Shown one piece after another: positions 28,110 through 42,059 of a stretch of 64,000 nucleotides of DNA (the stretch's first letter is position 1; each line of letters opens with the position of its first letter). Below the pieces are notes generated by a model. That model did no database searches. It saw nothing but the letters and a program-made list of their open reading frames with translations, and was not told the origin of the DNA. The DNA comes from Macrostomum lignano (taxonomy: Eukaryota): positions 56,202 to 120,201 of the forward strand of contig NIVC01003089.1 in assembly GCA_002269645.1 (NCBI GenBank), given 5' to 3'. The translations under genes were made by a program, and so were the position numbers.

Positions 28110-29512
28110 AAGATTCGGAATCTGTGTGAATGCTTAGATTAAGAATCTTTGTGAATGTAAAATTCGGAATCTGTGTGAATGCTAAGAATAGGAATCTGTG
28201 TGAATGCTAAGAATAGGAATCTTTGTGAATGTGAAGATTAGGAATCTGTGTGAATGCTAAGAATAGGAATCTTTGTGAATGTAAAATTCGGAATCTGTGT
28301 GAATGCTAAGAATAGGAATCTGTGTGAATGCTAAGAATAGGAATCTTTGTGAATGTGAAGATTAGGAATCTGTGTGAATGCTAAGAATAGGAATCTTTGT
28401 GAATGTAAAATTCGGAATCTGTGTGAATGCTAAGAATAGGAATCTGTGTGACTGTGAAGATTAGGAATCTGTGTGAATGCTAAGAATAGGAATCTTTGTG
28501 AATGTAAAATTCGGAATCTGTGTGAATGCTAAAATTAGGAATCTGTGTGAATGGTAAGATTAGGAATCTGTGTGACTGTGAAGATTAGGAATCTGTGTGA
28601 GTGCTTAGATTAGGAATCTGTGTGACTGTGAAGATTAGGAATCTGTGTGAATGTGAAGATTAGGAATCTGTGTGAATGCTTAGATTAGGAATCTGTGTGA
28701 ATGCATTAAGAATCTGTGTGAATTCTAAGATTACGAATCTGTGTAAATGCATTACGAATCTGTGTGAATGCATTACGAATCTGTGTTAATGCATTAAGAA
28801 TCTGTGTGAATGCATTAAGAATCTGTGTGAATGCATTAGGAATCTGTGTGAATGCATTAAGAATCTGTGTGAATTCTAAGATTACGAATCTGTGTAAATG
28901 CATTACGAATCTGTGTGAATGCATTACGAATCTGTGTGAATGCATTAAGAATCTGTGTGAATGCATTAAGAATCTGTGTGAATGCATTAGGAATCTGTGT
29001 GAATGCATTAAGAATCTGTGTGAATTCTAAGATTAGGAATCTGTGTGAATTTTAATATTAGGAATCTGTGTGAATTCTAAGATTAGGAATCTGTGTGAAT
29101 TTTAATATTAGGAATCTGTGTGAATTCTAAGATTAGGAATCTGTGTGAATGCATTAAGAATCTGTGTGAATTCTAAGATTAGGAATCTGTGTGAATTTTA
29201 ATATTAGGAATCTGTGTGAATTTTAAGATTAGGAATCTGTGTGAATGCATTACGAATCTGTGTGAATTCTAAGATTAGGAATCTGTGTGAATGCATTAAG
29301 AATCTGTGTGAATGCATTAAGAATCTGTGTGAATGCATTAAGAATCTGTGTGAATGCATTAAGAATCTGTGTGAATGCATTAAGAATATGTTTGAATGCA
29401 TTAAGAATCTGTGTGAATTCTAAGATTAGGAATCTGTGTGAATGCATTAAGAATCTGTGTGAATGCATTAAGAATCTGTGTGAATGCATTAAGAATCTGT
29501 GTGAATGCATTA
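28110..29512. repeat. ~21-bp minisatellite (GAATCTGTGTGAATGCATTAA)n and variants
   Basis: Visible period just upstream of the protocadherin ATG. Confidence 0.95.
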
Positions 29513-29714
29513 AATGTGTGTGATTTTCCGTATTCTGAGCTTCAACTTTCTCTCTGAAAAATTGGTTCCTGCAGAAACCCGTGCCTGCATGGCCTCCGCC
29601 GCCCACGTCAAAATCCCCTTGAATGCCACTTCTTGGGGGTTTCAGACCAGTTCTTTTCAAATCCTGACATTGCCAGAAAAGTAACAACAACAGCAGCAAA
29701 AATGCAGCAAACAC

Positions 29715-29748
<34 letters not shown>

Positions 29749-30354
29749 TCTGTCCATTCTCGATTCTTTTCTTAGAAAAGTGCCGATGAAAACGGAACCA
29801 TTCGCTGGGTATAAAGAAATAAGTCCCCATATGTCATCGCGAGTTTTTTGTTTCCTTGTTAGGATTTTCTGCTTGCTGCCTTTTTTCTCTCTTCGACAAA
29901 GGATTCTTTGGGCCGCTCTTTTATCTGTTTCTAAGGATCTGACAGTGAGGGTTCATGCTGCGTTGGTATCTCGGGGTTGGATGATTAGGGAGGTAGGCTT
30001 CTGGCGGCCATGGGCCCCCGAGTTTTGGCTAAATGCAAACTTGGGAGGGAAAGCAGTGCTGTGTAATTATCGCAGAGTTTAGGGCTTGCATTGACAACCA
30101 AAGCTGGCTAAATTTTCGCGAATTGCACTGACCAGATAGGAAGCCTTCGGTTCAGTATTTTGCTGTTCCCATCTGCAGAGTGAAGTTGCGGTATGCGGGT
30201 TTCTCTCGGCCGACTATTGTCTATGGTAGAACCTCATCTCACGATTCGAGAGATAAGGGCATTGCCGCTCCGCAATAAAGGGGCCCATCTAGGGGAGGTC
30301 AAGGTGGTCTGCAAAGACCCCCCTAGGAAAGAATAAAAAGTGCTTATCAATGTG

Positions 30355-30875
30355 GCGCCAAAATCTAGCCTTTGGCGCTAAATTGGCGCTAAAATATACT
30401 CTTTTGGCGCTAAAATCTTGTGTGTGACGCTAACTTGGCGCTAAAATGTAGTGTGTGACGCTAAATTGGCGCTAAAATCTTTCTGTGGCGCTAAAATCTA
30501 TTCTGTGGCGCTAAATTGGCGCTAAAATCTAGTGTGTGACGCTAAAATCGGCGCTAAAATCTAGTTTGTGACGCTAAAATCGGCGCTAAAATCTAGTTTG
30601 TGACGCTAAATTGGCGCTAAAATCTAGTTTGTGACGCTAAATAGGCGCTAAAATCTAGTTTGTGACGCTAAAATCGGCGCTAAAATCTAGTTTGTGACGT
30701 TAAAATCGGCGCTAAAATCTAGTTTGTGACGCTAAAATCGGCGCTAAAATCTAGTTTGTGACGCTAAATTGGCGCTAAAATCTAGTTTGTGACGCTAAAT
30801 AGGCGCTAAAATCTAGTTTGTGACGCTAAAATCGGCGCTAAAATCTAGTTTGTGACGCTAAAATCGGCGCTAAAA
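30355..30875. repeat. ~33-bp repeat (GGCGCTAAAATCTAGTTTGTGACGCTAAAATC), possibly the interior of a MITE
   Basis: Visible period. Confidence 0.85.
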
Positions 30876-31207
30876 TGTGTTTCGTTCAGCGCGGGGAACT
30901 GTGACCTTCGCTTACAATTATTAAGGCAGATTTGAGAATTTTAGCTAAATAAAATTACGCAAGAAAATCGCGTTATAGCTATGGTTTATTTTTATCGCTA
31001 TAAGCCAGTTGGCAAGGTTGGCGCAAAAAAGGGGCAAGAAAAAAGAGATGGATTAATGGGTTCTCAGTGTAGCGATGGCTGTAATCCCCCAATGGGAATT
31101 CAGATATTGAGCTCCGGCATCACTTGCTGCTGAAGGTGATTCATAACTTCCATTAGCTGTACTCTTTATCGTGAGGAATGAGCTCAAATTCTGACTTGCC
31201 TCGCTTC

Positions 31208-32640
31208 TCTGGTCACTGTCCCAGGTCACTCTCTCTGGTCACTCTCTGGTCACTTTCTGGTCACTCTCTGGTCACTCTCTGGTCACTCTCTGGTCACTGT
31301 CCCAGGTCACTCTCTCTGGTCACTCTCTGGTCACTTTCTGGTCACTCTCTGGTCACTCTCTGGTCACTCTCTGGTCACTGTCCCAGGTCACTCTCTCTGG
31401 TCACTCTCTGGTCACTTTCTGGTCACTCTCTGGTCACTCTCTGGTCACTCTCTGGTCACTCTCTGGTCACTCTCTGGTCACTCTCTGGTCACTCTCTCTG
31501 GTCACTCTCTGGTTACTCTCTGGTCTCTCTCTGGTCACTCTCTGGTCACTCTCTGGTCACTCTCTCTGGTCACTCTCTGGTTACTCTCTGGTCTCTCTCT
31601 GGTCACTCTCTGGCCACTCTCTGGTCACTCTCTGGTCACTCTCTCTGGTCACTCTCTGGTTACTCTCTGGTCTCTCTCTGGTCACTCTCTGGTCACTCTC
31701 TCTGGTCACTCTCTGGTTACTCTCTGGTCTCTCTCTGGTCACTCTCTGGTCACTCTCTCTGGTCACTCTCTGGTCACTCTCTGGTCACTCTCTGGTCACT
31801 CTCTGGTCTCTCTCTGGTCACTCTCTGGTTACTCTCTGGTCACTCTCTGGTTACTCTCTAGTCACTCTCTGGTTACTCTCTGGTCACTCTCTGGTCACTC
31901 TCTGGTTACTCTCTGGTCACTCTCTGGTTACTCTCTGGTTACTCTCTGGTTACTCTCTGGTCACTCTCTGGTCACTCTCTGGTCACTCTCTGGTCACTCT
32001 CTGGTCACTCTCTGGTTACTCTCTGGTCACTCTCTGGTTACTCTCTTGTCACTTTCTGGTCACCTCCGGTCACTCTCTGGTCACTCTCTGGCCACTCTCT
32101 GGTTACTCTCTGGTCACTCTGGTTACTCTCACTGGTCACTCTGTGATCACTCTTAGGTCAGCTCTGGTTAATTTCTGGTCTCTCTCCCGTCACTCTCACC
32201 CTCTCCCTTCACCCTCTCCCATGACTCTCTCCCTTCATTCTCACCCTCCATTCTCACACTTCATTCTCACCTCTTACTCTCTCCCGTCACTCTCTCCCTC
32301 TCCCTTCGCTCTCTCCCATCACTCTCTCCCGTCACTCTCTCCCATCACTCTCTCCCGTCACTCTCTCCCATCACTCTCTCCCATCACTCTCTCCCATCAC
32401 TCTCTCTCTTCACTCTCTCCCGTCACTCTCTCCCATCACTCTCTCCCATCACTCTCTCCCTTCACTCTCTCCCTTCACTCTCTCCCTTCACTCTCTCCCT
32501 TCACTCTCTCCCTTCACTCTCTCCCTTCACTCTCTCCCATCACTCTCTCCCTTCACTCTCTCCCATCACTCTCTCCCTTCACTCTCTCCTTCACTCTCTC
32601 CCATCACTCTCCCCCATCACTCTCTCCCTTCACTCTCTCT
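31208..32640. repeat. (CTCTCTGGTCAC)n 12-mer array followed by a CACTCTCTCCC(A/T)T array
   Basis: Visible periods; strongly pyrimidine-biased strand. Confidence 0.93.
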
Positions 32641-33225
32641 GGTCTCCCGCTATTCCCTGCCTCATAAATCAATCGCTGTCTCCCCCAATTCTGTCACTCA
32701 CTCTACTCGTCACCCCCCAATCAGCTGATATTGTTTAACTCGTAAAATCCAAATCAGTCAGTCACAGTGCGCCAACCCCCAAAAAGCACACCTAGACACG
32801 CACTTACATCTCTCATCGAGATATTTACTCCTTGTTACGAAGATCCCTCCAGATACAGAGGGTATAACAAAATTGGGGGCAAGTGTGTGTGTGTGTTTAT
32901 TTCCTCCCAAACCGTATACAGCCAACCGCCTATGGTATAAACACAAAAAATGTAAGCCATTTCTTCACTTCAATCGCGCGGAATTTCTTTGCTTCCAACA
33001 TTGACTATTTTGCTGGCAGTTTTCATAACTTCGCTGCTAACCCATCCATGGTCCGCTGAACAGGCGGGTAACTGCTAATCACAAATATACAAACCTTTTG
33101 GTGGATTAGGAGCTTGCACCTTGCACTAAGATTAAGCTGGAGAAATTTCACACATGATGCTAAGAAGGTCGCAACTTCTTGCTTCAAAAATGCTTGCTTT
33201 TGTAAAAGGTTCCTACAGATTAGCA

Positions 33226-33790
33226 ATCCATTGTATAGATTAGCAATCCATTCTATAGATTAGCAATCCATTCTATAGATTAGCAATCCATTCTATAGAT
33301 TAGCAATCCATTCTATAGATTAGCAATCCATTCTATAGATTAGCAATCCATTACATGGATTAGCAATCCATTCTATAGATTAGCAATCCATTCTATAGAT
33401 TAGCAATCCATTCTATAGATTAGCAATCCATTCTATAGATTAGCAATCCATTCTATAGATTAGCAATCCGTTCTATAGATTAGCAATCCATTACATAGAT
33501 TAGCAATCCATTACATAGATTAGCAATCCATTACATAGATTAGCAATCCATTGCATAGATTAGCAATCCATTGCATAGATTAGCAATCCATTGCATAGAT
33601 TAGCAATCCATTGCATAGATTAGCAATCCATTGCATAGATTAGCAATCCATTGCATAGATTAGCAATCCATTACATAGATTAGCAATCCATTACATAGAT
33701 TAGCAATCCATTGCATAGATTAGCAATCCATTGCATAGATTAGCAATCCATTGCATAGATTAGCAATCCATTGCATAGATTAGCAATCCA
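33226..33790. repeat. 20-bp minisatellite (ATTAGCAATCCATTCTATAG)n
   Basis: Visible period, with variants arranged in blocks. Confidence 0.97.
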
Positions 33791-34930
33791 ATACGGACCG
33801 AATATGCAAATTCCTGAACAAATTTCTGCCCCATCTACCAGAAGCCGTCGCCTGACTGACCCATTTAATCCAGAGATTTTCTAAGCAGACGGAGTGACGG
33901 TCAGCCGCACAATTCAGGTCAGCTGCATTCGGTTTCCAGGGGGGGGCAAAGTCGAGCTCTTTTCAGATTCCTTTCCAGGCTGTATGGAAAAAACTGCTTG
34001 AGCATGCTAGGGGCCGAGTTGTCGCTCGAACTAATTGCCAATTAGAGGAGGCATTAGGCCGGAATTCTGCGCGAGTTCTCCCTGATTGCGATCCGCGCAT
34101 GGGAGGCCACTTCAAACTCTTCAGCATCATTTCTTAGAAACATCAGCAGGATTTTTTGTTTTCTCTTACTACTCTGTGCTGCCCCCGTGCACAGCTTCTT
34201 GGTCTCTGACTCTACCTTTGCATCTCTCCGTCTCGGTTTCCGTCTCTCCCTCTCCGTCTCTCCCTCTCCGTCTCTCACCCTCCGTCTCTCACTCTCCGTC
34301 TCTCTTTCTCCGTCTCTCCCTCTCCATCTCTCACTCTCCATCTCTCTCTACCTCTCACCCTGTCTATCTCACTCTTTTCATAGTTTCCTCCCTATCTCTC
34401 TCTCTCCATCTCTATCCTGGCCTGTGGCCAACCTGTGTACATGACCTGCGATGAGATAGTCAGTACCGTTGTGCACTCTGTGTGAGCATGTGGTGTTGGA
34501 TCGGTGGGGGGGGGGGGTCGGAAATAGTTGGAAATGACTGGCTTGCCTTCTTGCTGCGCCTGGTCGCCTCAATCTATGCAGTGTTCAAATTTAGTCTATG
34601 GCCAATGCTAAGTCCGGTAAATTCAGATGTGCAGGCGTGAGCGCTATGATCAGTGAATTTTCTTGCCTACATGCAGCTGCATAACGACGCCAATATGGAT
34701 TCTAGCAGAGCTCAACTTCTCGATCAACTGATTAACAAAACTGCCAGTTCAAATTGTTTCATTCACATCGGTGCCGAAATCGCTCAGATAGCCGGATCAG
34801 ATGTTCTTCAGCCTCACGTTGGGAAGATTCGATTGAAAATTGGTAACAATTTTATATTGTAGATTTTTATAAGGCCAATTAGTCTTGTTACAACTTAACG
34901 GTAGCGAACTTTAAAATTAACTATTTTTAG

Positions 34931-36300
34931 CGAATCCTACACTGGAAGCTGGTTGAAATCGCCGAGCCCGTGGCTTCAAGGAGTTCTAGAAGCTGCAGAA
35001 GCTGACGAGGCGAATGCGGAAGATTCTGACACATCAGAGGTTGAGCAAGCATCGGCTGCTTCAACGATACAACGAGATGGCTCAGCCGTCAAATGCCAAG
35101 AAGTAGAGAGGTCAAATCAAGTACCGGATTCGACAGAATTACAACGGCTGGATTCAACAAAAGTGCATGCACTGGATTCGACAAAAGTACATGTTTCGGG
35201 TTTGACTAAAGTACAAGCTTCGGATTTAGCAATAGTACACGCCTTGAATTCAACGAACGTACAAGCTTCGGATTCAACGAACGTACAAGCTTCGGATTCA
35301 ACGAACGTACAAGCTTCGGATTCAACGAACGTACAAGCTTCGGATTCAACGAACGTACAAGCTTCGGATTCAACGAACGTACAAGCTTCGGATTCAACGA
35401 ACGTACAAGCTTCGGATTCAACGAACGTACAAGCTTCGGATTCAACGAACGCACAAGCTTCGGATTCAACCAACGTACAAGCTTCGGATTCAACGAACGC
35501 ACAAGCTTCGGATTCAACGAACGTACAAGCTTCGGATTCAACGAACGCACAAGCTTCGGATTCAACGAACGTACAAGCTTCGGATTCAACGAACGCACAA
35601 GCTTCGGATTCAACCAACGTACAAGCTTCGGATTCAACGAACGCACAAGCTTCGGATTCAACGAACGCACAAGCTTCGGATTCAACGAACGTACAAGCTT
35701 CGGATTCAACGAACGCACAAGCTTCGGATTCAACCAACGTACAAGCTTCGGATTCAACGAACGCACAAGCTTCGGATTCAACGAACGTACAAGCTTCAGA
35801 TTCAACGAACGTAACTGCCAAACTAGCTAAATCTTCCTATTCAAAGCAGTACCGCCTGACATGCGAGACATCTTGCAGACGGTGCGAATCAACGCCTACG
35901 TCTTCATCGAAACAATCAGCCGAAAGATTTCTAAGACAGCGATTTGCAGCCTTGGCAAAGAAATCTTCGCTGGCCAACTGTTGGAACTCCAACGTCGCCA
36001 GCGGTCAGGCCAACTGCAGCAACATTGACGACGGCAGCCAGTACAAAGAATGGGACACCCCGAGTGTATCTCATCTCACGGGTGACACCACTTCGACCAT
36101 CAAGACACTTGAACCTGACGAAAACAGAGACGACGCGCAGTCGTTGCGGCACTCTGCAGATAACGAAGGCTCGGATAGCGTTCTGCTGGTGCGCGTCGGA
36201 TCCGAGGGTGCCACCGCCGCCGTAACCACTGCTGCAGAATCTGGCAGCGAACAAAAGACTGCCTCTGATGAAGGTGCCTGGGAAGCTCTGGACCTGTCCG
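34931..36300 (+). CDS. Large exon of the RING gene: Ser/Asp/Thr-rich region with a 24-bp (STNVQASD) coding tandem repeat
   Basis: tttttag acceptor, open frame throughout (ORF 34953-36305), G|GTTAGT donor in phase 1 matching the next exon. The 5' exons were not resolved. Confidence 0.7.
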
Positions 36301-36412
36301 GTTAGTGTGAGGCTTTCTTGGCTGCCCTGCAGAGTTCATTTTTTTCTTCTGAGTCCTGAGGTTTGTCGTGCGTTTCACACCCGTGAGATCCAAGCCCCCC
36401 CCCCCAAGGCAG

Positions 36413-36890
36413 GAGGGGCGTCGCCATGGATTTTATGATGGGGAGACAAAGCTAACAATTCAAGATGTACATGACTAAATTCCTACATTTCCATCACTTT
36501 GAGAATCGTGTTGTCAGCGCTCATTTTGGCGCCGCAGGCACTGATTTAAATTGGCGCCGCAGGCAGTCTTTTTAGCGCCACCGGAATTCATTTTGGCGCC
36601 GCAGGCACTCATTTTGGCGCCACAGGCACTCATTTTGACGCCGAAGGTACTCATTTTGGCGCCGCAAGTACTCATTTTGGCGCCGCAGGCACTCATTTAA
36701 ATTGGCGCTGCAGGCACTCATTTTGACGCCGCAGACACTCATTTTGGCGCCGAAGGCGCTATATTTTGTCGCCCTAAAGTAAAATTATTTTTACCACAAC
36801 GGGTCTCAAGGTGGGGTGGATAGGGACGAAGCATTGGCATGTCCCCCCATAGCTTTTACTGGTGGGGGGAGATGTCCCAGCCCCCAGTGG
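36413..36890 (+). mobile_element. Member of a non-autonomous transposon family with an internal 21-bp (CATTTTGGCGCCGCAGGCACT) array; related copy inverted at ~47330-47720
   Basis: Shared segments GAGAATCGTGTTGTCAGCGCT and CAAAGCTAA..AATTCAA.ATGTA in opposite orientation; GGGGCGTCGCCA end motif. No TSD confirmed. Confidence 0.55.
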
Positions 36891-36933
36891 TAATTATTGT
36901 ATCTGTTTCGTACTGAAAATGCACATTTTACAG

Positions 36934-37318
36934 AGAGTCAGAAGCAGAGCCGCTCATGGGAAGACCCTGCAGCGCCGAGCGGCAGTCGCAGTCTGTGCTC
37001 GGCGGACAAACCGATCCTGATCTTGAATTTGCCAAGCACCTTCTTGGACGGACAGCTGCAGTACTATCCAACCGGATCGATGGTTGATAGCATTTCGGAT
37101 CGCCTGCAACCGCACAGTCACCAGCTGCTTCTATACAATCAACCGCAGCCCTACTCGCGTCACACGTCCAAGTCTTCCATAGGGACGATGACGCCAAGGA
37201 AACCAGTGGTTGGCAGTTCTGCCGGGTCGGACATCAGCCACCTGGCATTGGACTGTCGAGATCTGGCTAATTATCACGATATGCAGCACAGCGGCATGCT
37301 GAGCGCCCTCTGTCGATG
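36934..37318 (+). CDS. Middle exon of the RING gene
   Basis: catttttacag-like acceptor, phase 1 in (G|AG), TG|GTGAGT donor in phase 2; frame of ORF 36897-37322. Confidence 0.75.
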
Positions 37319-37469
37319 GTGAGTTGTGTCACTGAGTGCATGTGTTAACATCCTTCATAGCCGGTTGTGTCTTACTGTGGAAGCTGACAGACATCTTAAT
37401 TCAGAGTTGTGTGACATTGAACACTAAAATAATTCATAGTGTAGTGGCATGTGCCACTGTGTGTTGTTG

Positions 37470-37835
37470 ACATCTTTAGAGTGGTGTCACTGAGTGCTTA
37501 CATCCCTCAGAGATATGTCACTGAGTGCTGACATCCTTCAGAGATATGTCAATGAGTGCTGACATCCTCCAGAGTTGAGTGCTGACATCCTTTAGAGATA
37601 TGTCACTTGAGTGCTGACATCCTCCAGTTTTGTCACTGAGTGCTGACATCCTTCAGAGATATGTCACTGAGTGCTGACATCCTTCAGAGATATGTCACTG
37701 GGTGCTGACATCCAGAGTTTTGTTACTGAGTGCTGACATCCTCCAGAGATGTCATTGAGTGCTGACATCCTTCAGAGATATGTCACTGAGTGCTTACATC
37801 CCTCAGAGATATGTCACTGAGTGCTGACATCCTCC
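37470..37835. repeat. 31-bp intronic minisatellite (GTCACTGAGTGCTGACATCCTTCAGAGATAT)n
   Basis: Visible period. Confidence 0.9.
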
Positions 37836-37940
37836 ATGGTAATATGGCTACTTACAGCAAGCCTTGGCGCCCTTAGTTAAATACCACCGTCTCCAATGTA
37901 ATGCCCAGCAATCTGATTAGCTCTATTCCACTTTTCTCAG

Positions 37941-38241
37941 GTGCCTACGCAGAGTGTTCCGTTCAGACTGGAGCCGCGACTGCTACCTGTGCGACCTGCC
38001 TCTGACGCACAGCTGCCTAATGTGCTTCTGCGCATTGCACGCCCCGCCCGATCACGAGTCCACGCGTAGTTACAACGCGGTTGTCTGCTCAACAATGAGA
38101 ACTTCGTGCGGCCACGTGTACCATAGACATTGTTGGACGCGCTGGGAAGAGGAACTATCGCCTTGTTGTCCGAAGTGCAACACGGCAAATATTGCTAAAA
38201 ATGTTAAAGAGACTTTTATTATTGAGAAGCGATGCAAGTAA
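37941..38241 (+). CDS. Last exon: Rbx1/APC11-type RING-H2 domain
   Basis: cttttctcag acceptor, phase 2; CYLC-x7-CLMC...C...CGHVYHRHCWTRW...CPKC matches the Rbx1/APC11 zinc-ligand spacing. Confidence 0.8.
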
Positions 38242-38352
38242 CAACCTGGGTTGACATACATCGACTACATTTAGGTATTGTCAATCGCTTGTGAGCAAGA
38301 TCAATAACGCCATATGGGTATTAAATTTACATAAATCTGCCAAAACAGGTAT

Positions 38353-38434
38353 GTCGCGATGGCCGAGTGGTTAAGGCGTTGGACTCGAAATCCAATGGGG
38401 TTTCCCCGCGCAGGTTCGAATCCTGCTTGCGACG
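38353..38434 (+). tRNA. tRNA-Ser(CGA): tRNA-Ser (anticodon CGA)
   Basis: Acceptor stem GTCGCGA/TTGCGAC, discriminator G, D-arm TGGCCGAGTGGTTAAGGC, anticodon arm TTGGA-CTCGAAA-TCCAA, long variable arm, GGTTCGAATCC, followed by a T-run Pol III terminator. Confidence 0.97.
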
Positions 38435-41400
38435 TAATTTTTTTGTAATTCAAAAAATTACCCAACGTTTACAAAGACACAGTTGAACTAACTTGCTTTG
38501 GATGTAGTGAATGTTGAAAAAACCGGTAGTTCTTTTACTTCTGCTTATCGTTGAAGCCAGCAAACTGATAGTTGTAGTTCGCTTATATAAACGTATTGCA
38601 GTTGCAAACAAGATTATTTGTAATTTATACGCAAAAATTGTTGTTGCTTCTACGCCTTTGAATCAACTGATCTAATGAAAGACAATTTGGACTAGTTTTA
38701 ATCTCTCCGCAATCATATCTAGTGGACAAAAAAAATAATAATCTATTTCAATTTTGCGAATTTCCGTTAAAAATACAGCCATGTAAAGTTAATTTCGATA
38801 CATATCGGCTAGGGCTACTAATTAAATGTGTAAATGCAATAAAGTAAGTGCTGTTTTCAGCCAGTATACTGTACTGTAAAATGTATTTTCTTATTGTTGT
38901 AAAAATAATTATAACTTTCAAGCCTCGCTATTATTATCGATAATAATTTCGTGGTCTCTTATCAAATAGTTATGCTACTTTGTAAGTATCTTAAATTTAG
39001 CACAACCTATTACCAGTTTCCAATGTCCTACTAACAGTAAGACAAATGATTTTTATAGAGAAAACTTGAAAAGGAAGGAATAGTCTGTTTTAATAAAAAT
39101 GTCACTGCGTTCTATAGATTTGTGAACTGTGGACCTGCATTGAAGCAAAACATTCACAAATCGAAGTGAGTAAACTAACAACCAACACAGTTAACAATAT
39201 TCCTGCACTTACTACCAGTACAGACAATAAAGAAATCAGTTCTGTACGGCGAAATATTGCAGGTAAATATACAAAGTTTTCATTCTGATAATTGTATCCA
39301 TCAAACAAATGAAGAATTATAAGACAAAATCTAATGAAAGACTGTTTAGAATGCTGAAAAATCTGTCATGTAAAAAATATAGGTTGTCTGTAAAAGACTT
39401 CACTTTGTATTTAAATGAAAAAAACTGTTAATTCAATAACAATGTATATAAATATTTCATAAATCAATGAACAAGCAATGAGAAGTGAAAATAAAAAGAC
39501 CAAAAATCAACAATATTAATATTGAAAGACAAAAAAGTATGTATATGGATACATTGATGTTAAAATGATGCGAGACAACTTTGTATCAAAGCTAAATGAG
39601 CATTCAACTAGACTAAACCACAAAGATATAGTTGAATGTTATTGAGTTTTAATTATAATTTAATTACATACAATCAGTTAGTCAAAATTATTATTAAAGC
39701 TATGATTTGTAGTCACTGGTTTTATATAAAGAAACCTGAAAAATAAAAAAGCAATTCAGTTTTAGCTTTTGGATGACTTGATTGCAATACATATTGCATA
39801 GGCATTTTGGTGGATGGCATCCAACATGTTTCAGTCTGGCCTGCCTGGGTATGACATGGCATAGTGTAGAGACTGAGAGGTACAACATGGTAGAAAGGCA
39901 TAGTGTAGCACAGAGGACCACTTGGAGCATTGCAGCATTGTCTGCAAGCATGGAGCAGTTAGGGTAGGCTTCTAGCACACTTATGCCATGTGCATCAATA
40001 GGGTCAGATAATATATATTAAATATTATATACAATTGGTACTTCCATTATACATAATATATATATATACCTAAAGGCATTTAAATTAGGATTTGACCTTC
40101 ATTTATCTGTATATTCTAATATTCTCAGTGAGGGGCAAAAATATGCTAATTTTTTTAGCAAAAAGGCTACTTGAAAATTGTTTGTAGTCATGACATTTAA
40201 TTCTCTTATGGTTAGATTAAAATTGCATAATTTAGCCAATACACACATGTGCAACACCTAGCCAAGCTGGCTGATTTGGCAAGTTGCAAAAATGCCTACC
40301 TGAAAAATAGACTTAGTAATACATTTTGGATAAACAACAGAAGTAACTGACTATATTATTAAGAATAAATATCTTGTCATCTAATTAGTATACTGTCTTT
40401 TTCAGATGTGCATTTTTGCAAATTACCTTAGCTAGACCTTTCATAACCAGGCTGAATTGGCCAGGTTATGAATGTATAGACTTAGTCATAAGATAGTACT
40501 AATATTTATGCTTTAGTATTCTAGAATAGACAACTTTATACTCTGTTAATTGCAATTGATAATTTCAAATTTCTTAGCATATCTCTGGTTGCTTATCATG
40601 AGATGGTTGTACATAGTGTTTGTTCTTGCATAGTGTTCTTTCTTTAACCCTTATGTCTAAGTGCCTATCAGTTTAACCTATATAAAACTAGCATTGCTCA
40701 GCAATGCACAAGAATTTGTAGACAATTGCATCTTGTATTTTGGTAGTGAATTTAATGTTAGGATTTAATGGGTGTTGTTTATGATTTTTAGGAATTCAGT
40801 ATATGAGCTCCCTTTGGTGTTAAAGATAATATAATAAAGAAAACAGCACAATTAAAAAATTGTTAGGTTTATACTTACACTACTAGAAATTAAGTCTATA
40901 AATAAAAAAATATCTCTAACTATAAAAATCAAAACTCTGTCTGTCTGTCTGTCTGTCTGTGTGTGGACAATTTTGATTGCTATGGACTCCCAAACCGCTT
41001 AACCAAATGACACCAAACTTTACACCCACCCTAAACTTACTACGGAGAATGTCTTAGGCTACCTTTTAATTTCCTAGACTCAATTCTTCCTACCTAAAAG
41101 TACAAAAAACTGCTCAAAATGCGCAATTTTTTCACTAAATCCTCCATAGCGCCACTCTACTTCTACCAATTCTCTTCAAATTTGACACAGACAATTTTCA
41201 ATTATTTTGACACAATTGTGTAAAATTTTGAGTCTCAAAGTTAATTCTGAGCAGTGCTGTGCACTTTTAAAGTTAGGCTGTTTTTTTCAGCGTAGCAACC
41301 ACCCCAACCTCCGCCCGCCTGCCTCTCTTTCCGATACCGATCTGGGCCCAGATGTGTAAAAGGGTTTCAAAATTGACTAACTTTCAGCTGCCATAAGTTT

Positions 41401-42059
41401 TTTCCACGTAAATTGATTGACTTCAAACTTGACACAATTCTTCATTGACTCATTCTCTATCTAAATGTAAAGTTTCAACTCTGTAACTCAACCGAAAAAG
41501 AAACTGTAAGCATGTGAAGTTTGTCTGCTTTTTCTGTTGTTTGTGCCACTCACTCACTCATTCCCCCAGAGCCAGACGAAGGGTCAGGCGATAGGACTGA
41601 ATGTACATAGCAAATTTATGTACATAAAGTTTTGGAATAACTTTATTTATAACCTTCTCTGCACCCCGAGAGTGGAGAGGCTACGTTTAGCCATAACAGT
41701 TTAGTGAGAAATTCTAACCACTGCCCTCCCCTCCCCTCTGTATTGGCAAACTCTGCAGAGTTTAACACTGGATGGCAATTGGCAAATCGAGGGAATCCAG
41801 CATGGTTTGTAAGAGCAAAATATTTATGAAAAGGCGATGCAATGCAATGCAATACAACCCTAGGCACACCATGGAAATTTTAGGTTTCTTTTAAAGGTAC
41901 TGTGTAAATTTTAAATGGCCTCCTAAGAAATGCGTATTTCCTTGGTTGTTAGACTGATACAGATTGCAGTGGAGCTGAAGATACACAAATTCCTTTCAGG
42001 GCTGCAAATTGGCAAGAAAGATGACGTGATCAAAGCATGAGAATAACGATGAGAGTAGT

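Noticed and set aside
15739-33790. Regularly spaced direct repeats resembling CRISPR arrays
   Set aside because: Units are head-to-tail with no unique spacers, there are no cas genes, and the context is eukaryotic.
35117-35821. Antisense ORFs over the 24-bp coding repeat
   Set aside because: Shadow frames of the stop-free repeat; the plus frame has splice-phase support.
39100-39270. Possible plus-strand micro-exons (..TTCTATAG|ATTTG..GAA|GTGAGT and ..CCAG|TACA..GCAG|GTAAAT), and a hydrophobic minus-strand ORF
   Set aside because: No recognisable protein and no compatible flanking exons found; insufficient evidence.
40905-41520. Helitron/DINE-like start (TC..TATAAAAA..(TCTG)n..ACCGCTTAACC)
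   Set aside because: No convincing 3' hairpin plus CTRR end was located.
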